From positions 1 to 64,000 of the forward strand of contig NW_022985716.1 in assembly GCF_902459465.1 (NCBI RefSeq): DNA of 64,000 bases, given 5' to 3'. This DNA comes from Asterias rubens. Its lineage: Eukaryota. Positions 60,460-64,000 of this stretch are shown in pieces (position 1 is the stretch's first letter; each line of letters opens with the position of its first letter). The notes beneath the pieces were generated by a model. It searched no databases and was not told the DNA's origin. It worked only from the letters and a program-made list of their open reading frames with translations. The translations under genes were made by a program, and so were the position numbers.

Positions 60460-61220
60460 AGGAAAGGTACACTATTGTTATTGGTCGAAGACTAATCTTC
60501 TCACTTGGTGTATCCGAACATAAGCATAAAATAACAAGCCTGTGAAAATTTGAGCTAAATTGGTCATCGAAGTTGAGAAAAAATGATGAGAGAAAGAACA
60601 CCCTCGTTGGACGAATTTGTGTGCTTATTATAGATAGGAATAAAAGACTTCTAGCTAGAAGTCTTTTATTATTTTAGCGAGAAATTACCTATTTCTCAAA
60701 ATCTATGCTACTTCAGAGGGAGCCGTTCCTCACAATGTGTTATACTACCAACAGCTCCCCAATGCTTGTTACCAAGTCAGTTTTTAAGTTAATATTTGTT
60801 TTGAGTATTTACCAAACGTGTACTTTCCCTTTAAAGGAACACGTTGCCCTGGATCGGTCGAGTTGGTCTTTGAAAAGCGTTTGTAAGCGTTTGTTATAAA
60901 ATGCATATGGTTAGAAAGATGTTGTAAAAGTAGAATACAATGATCCACACAAACATGCCTCGAAATTTCACGGTTTTCCTTTTACCTCGTCGACTAACAC
61001 GGTCGGCCATTATTTTATGGGAGTCAAATTTTTGACTCCCATAAATGGCCGACCGTGTTAGTTCGCAAAGTAAAAGGAAAACCACGCAATTTCGAGGCAA
61101 ATTTGTGTGGATCATTATATTCTACTTTTAAAACATCTTTCCAACCATATGCATTTTATAAAAAATGGTTACAAACGCTTTTTATAGACCAACTCGTCCG
61201 ATCCAAGGCAACGTGTTCCT
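60460..61220. mobile_element. Abutting Kolobok-type MITEs (family A variant 60460-60830; family B 60835-61220) sharing one TTAA
   Basis: ...TACTTTCCCT-TTAA-AGGAACACG...; the family B copy is a near-perfect foldback of about 390 bp. Confidence 0.85.
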
Positions 61221-61369
61221 TTAAGTTTTCCTTTGATGAACTTGGCTTTTAACCGTTCTTTAAAGACTCGAGGTCTTCTCAGAATTATAAGAAATGATTT
61301 TGATCGATGCCGTTACTTTGACCGTGTAAACATGGTTCATTTTGAGATGGACTCGCCGCGTCAAAATAC

Positions 61370-61560
61370 TAGCATTTGACACGCGCGTACTTAAGCGTCT
61401 TTTTAGCCCCTTGTGTATGACGTCACAACCACCGAACTAGTATCCCCGCCAAGGGTCAACTAAAGGCTATCATTGGCCGAGGGTCGTGCGCAGCGCGTAC
61501 ACGCGTGCACGTTTTCATTGTTTGATATGAAAGATGGCGCCCAAAGCGTCATATAAGCGC
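61370..61560 (+). promoter_or_regulatory. CpG-rich promoter-like region upstream of the CCDC63-like gene
   Basis: Local CG enrichment with TGACGTCA (CRE), ATTGG (CCAAT) and AAGATGGCG (YY1-type) motifs. Confidence 0.45.
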
Positions 61561-61789
61561 GCGAAAGTTTCTAATAAGCGTGTTGACTGTGATAAAACAA
61601 TGGTTAACTGCGCTTGACCCGTATAAACAAAGTAACTCATGATTCACATAGTTTCGAAACACAGCTTCAAGTTTTCGCAAACCTAAAACCATTGTATACT
61701 GCTGATCGCAGAGTCAAGTTTGAGGAGTTGCAAGCTGTGAAAGGTACATCTTCTACTTGTTTTTACCGTCAATCTTCTACTTTTGTTAA

Positions 61790-62126
61790 AGGCACTGGAC
61801 ACGTTTTCTTATTGTCGTAAAATAGCAATTCTGTGAAAATTTTGGCTCTTGGTCATCGAAGTTTCAAGATAATAATGAAATAAAAACGCCCTTGTTGTAC
61901 AATGTATGCTGTGTTGAAACAAGGTTTAAGGCCTGAAGTCATTTTTTTTTAGATTCAAATATTTTTTACTGAGAAATAATATTCCCTTATCTCAAACCTA
62001 CGTTACTTTAGAGGGAGTCGTTTCTCACACTGTGATGTACTTTAAAAGCTCTCCGTTGCTGCTCGTTGCCAAGTATTAGTGTTTAATAGGCTAATTTGAG
62101 TAATTTACCAAACGTGTCCAGTGCCT
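61790..62126. mobile_element. Kolobok-type MITE family A (diverged)
   Basis: TTAA-AGGCACTGGACACGT...ACGTGTCCAGTGCCT. Confidence 0.75.
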
Positions 62127-62234
62127 TGGTTGAGGGGGCTGCGGACGTAAAGTCTTTTATAACTAAAAGTCTGCATAAGTAAAGTTTATATTGCTCTTCA
62201 TCTTTAATGTTAAATTATTGTTATGTAAATTTAA

Positions 62235-62590
62235 AGGAACGTTACAAAATTGGTAAGAAAAAACTCGTCTAAGATCACATTAACATAAAACTTACGCGGC
62301 CAAATGATGATGATAGTAGAAAACATCCCTTGTCTGAAAATGTCATATTGATGAGAAATAAATAAAAACTAGTTTCCTGTTTGGAGTTTATAGCTCATTG
62401 GGCGTTATATTCCTTTTTATCGATGTCAAGCAAAATGTGTAATCGGTTTTCTCTATTTTCTCGTGACCCAGATGACCGATCGATCTCAAACTTCTACAGG
62501 TTTGTCAGTTTATGTATATGGTGGATTACATAAAGTGCTTACACTGCCAGCAACTGTTTTGTTGGGTAAAACAAATTTTGTAATGTTGAT
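62235..62590. mobile_element. Kolobok-type MITE family D
   Basis: TTAA-AGGAACGTTACAAAATT...AATTTTGTAATGTTGAT-TTAA; ends just before the CCDC63-like acceptor (AG at 62602-62603). Confidence 0.75.
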
Positions 62591-62630
62591 TTAATTGCAA
62601 CAGATAAATTTGAAATCCAAAGTCTTGAAG

Positions 62631-63639
62631 ATGAATCGTGTTGAAATGGAATCTCCGACGGAGCAGGAGAATGATCAACGAATGGCTGAGGAGGAACTGG
62701 GGAGACTTCACCGCCAGTATCGCATCGTTGAAGGACATCGAAAGACCTACTTCGAGGAAGCTCGTAATATCATCCGCAAACAAATGTGAGTAGATCTTAG
62801 AATTTGAGTTTCCATTCTTCTGTTTTTTAAGTTATTTTTTTTTAAAATAGTGAAATGGGATCAAGCACTGTTGGTACAACACGAGCTTGCTTCGTTTGGA
62901 CAAGCGGTCGGACTGACTATTTTGGAAAGGACGCTGCAACGCGTCCGAAGCGATATTATGCCAATCAAATAACAATGATCTGTGTGTGTGGTACATACAA
63001 AGAAGAATCACTATACTTCTTCATGATATTGTCCAAATTGGTAGAATAGTAGACGATCCAATCATTTGGTTGAACTTAAACCCCCACTCTCAAAGAACAG
63101 TGTCACTTTAAGACAAAGGAGGATTACTTGGTGCAGTTGCATCTCAGATAGTGAAGCAGACATTTAGGATCAAGGGGACTTACGCAAGAAAAGAAACACA
63201 AAAAACAAAACCACTTACAAACAAACAATCACCATCATTGTGACTTTGGTAAAACAAATTTTGTTTAATTTCATGTTCATTGTTTGATCATGTTCAAAAT
63301 GGCAACATCAACTAACTGAGTGAGAAAAGCAAGAGAAAAAAACAAAACAAAAACACACACACAAACAAACAAGCACACAAACAAACAGATTGCATTGTGA
63401 CTTTGGTAATTTGTTTTTAAGTTTCATTCGATCTGTGATTATTTTAAAGGGTACACATCAACACACTGAGCGGAGAAATGCAAGAGATTGACACCGACTT
63501 ACTGCTGGCAGTGAGCCAAAACAACGTCAAGAAGGACCAGACAAATACTCACCTTCTCAAGAAACTCTTGGACAAATTCGAGGAACATGAAGCTACTGTC
63601 ATGGCGGAAGAGGGCGCTCTTGTAAAACTGAATGAAAAG
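62631..63639 (+). CDS. CCDC63: CCDC63/ODAD1 (CCDC114)-family coiled-coil outer dynein arm docking protein, first two coding exons; continues beyond the window
   Basis: Exon 62631-62785 (AEEELGRLHRQYRIVEGHRKTYFEEARNIIRKQ) and exon 63450-63639 (INTLSGEMQEIDTDLLLAVSQNNVKKD..LLKKLL..LVKLNEK) are joined GT-AG in phase 2. A likely non-coding exon ends at a donor near 61743. Which paralogue this is cannot be resolved. Confidence 0.8.
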
Positions 63640-64000
63640 GTAAAGAACGTAAAACCGGTGTGGCAGCAGATTCTGTGTGTCCCCCCCCCCCCGATATTCC
63701 ACCCCCCCCCCCATTTGGCAAACTGTGTACAAACTTCTTCTGATAGCGCCCTCTTTTGAATCTTCCTCCTCAGCCCATGTTAATTTTGCATGGGAACGAA
63801 TCTCCGGCGGATAGAATTCCCTGGGATACCGGGTCCGAATGGATTGATAAGGTTTATGGCTGTACATTGCTCAAAGGGCCTATTCATCGCAGTAATCAAC
63901 AGCCAAAGCCGTAGCCGAAGTCGATTGATTCAGGTGTAGCCTAATCAACCCGTACCTGACTATAACTTATGGCTGTGGCTTCGGCTAGATCACAAAGCAG

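Noticed and set aside
61534-61617. ATGGCG start as the CCDC63-like initiation codon
   Set aside because: Closes after about 27 codons; better explained as a YY1-type promoter motif or uORF. Family similarity begins at 62631.

Overview
AT-rich, repeat-dense animal genomic DNA with GT-AG spliced genes. It is most likely an echinoderm such as a sea star, inferred from the echinoidin-type lectin, the gene set and the repeat landscape. Seven protein-coding loci could be assembled by hand: an intronless C-type lectin (-), OGFOD2 (+, 7 exons, 349 aa), a DUF4807/STLGG-motif gene (-, 4 coding exons, 303 aa) head-to-head with ANAPC7 (+, at least 14 exons, about 562 aa), a single-exon GT31 beta-1,3-galactosyltransferase-like gene (-), a C-type lectin + PAN/apple-like gene broken by a 152-bp MITE (-), and the first exons of a CCDC63/ODAD1-family gene (+). 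Introns and spacers are filled with non-autonomous DNA transposons (TTAA Kolobok-type MITEs, 9-bp-TSD foldback elements, an 8-bp-TSD hAT MITE, AT-target MITEs), tRNA-derived elements and many minisatellites. No autonomous transposase, CRISPR array or rRNA was seen. The most unusual observations are: (i) a 21-nt minisatellite that amplifies the ANAPC7 exon-3 splice donor 30 times in frame; (ii) terminally redundant 260-320-bp elements with an internal tRNA-like core; (iii) Penelope-type minimal hammerhead-like motifs in ANAPC7 introns; and (iv) several cases where repeat ends form or compete with splice sites. All assignments come from manual reading and recalled family knowledge; no database searches were run.
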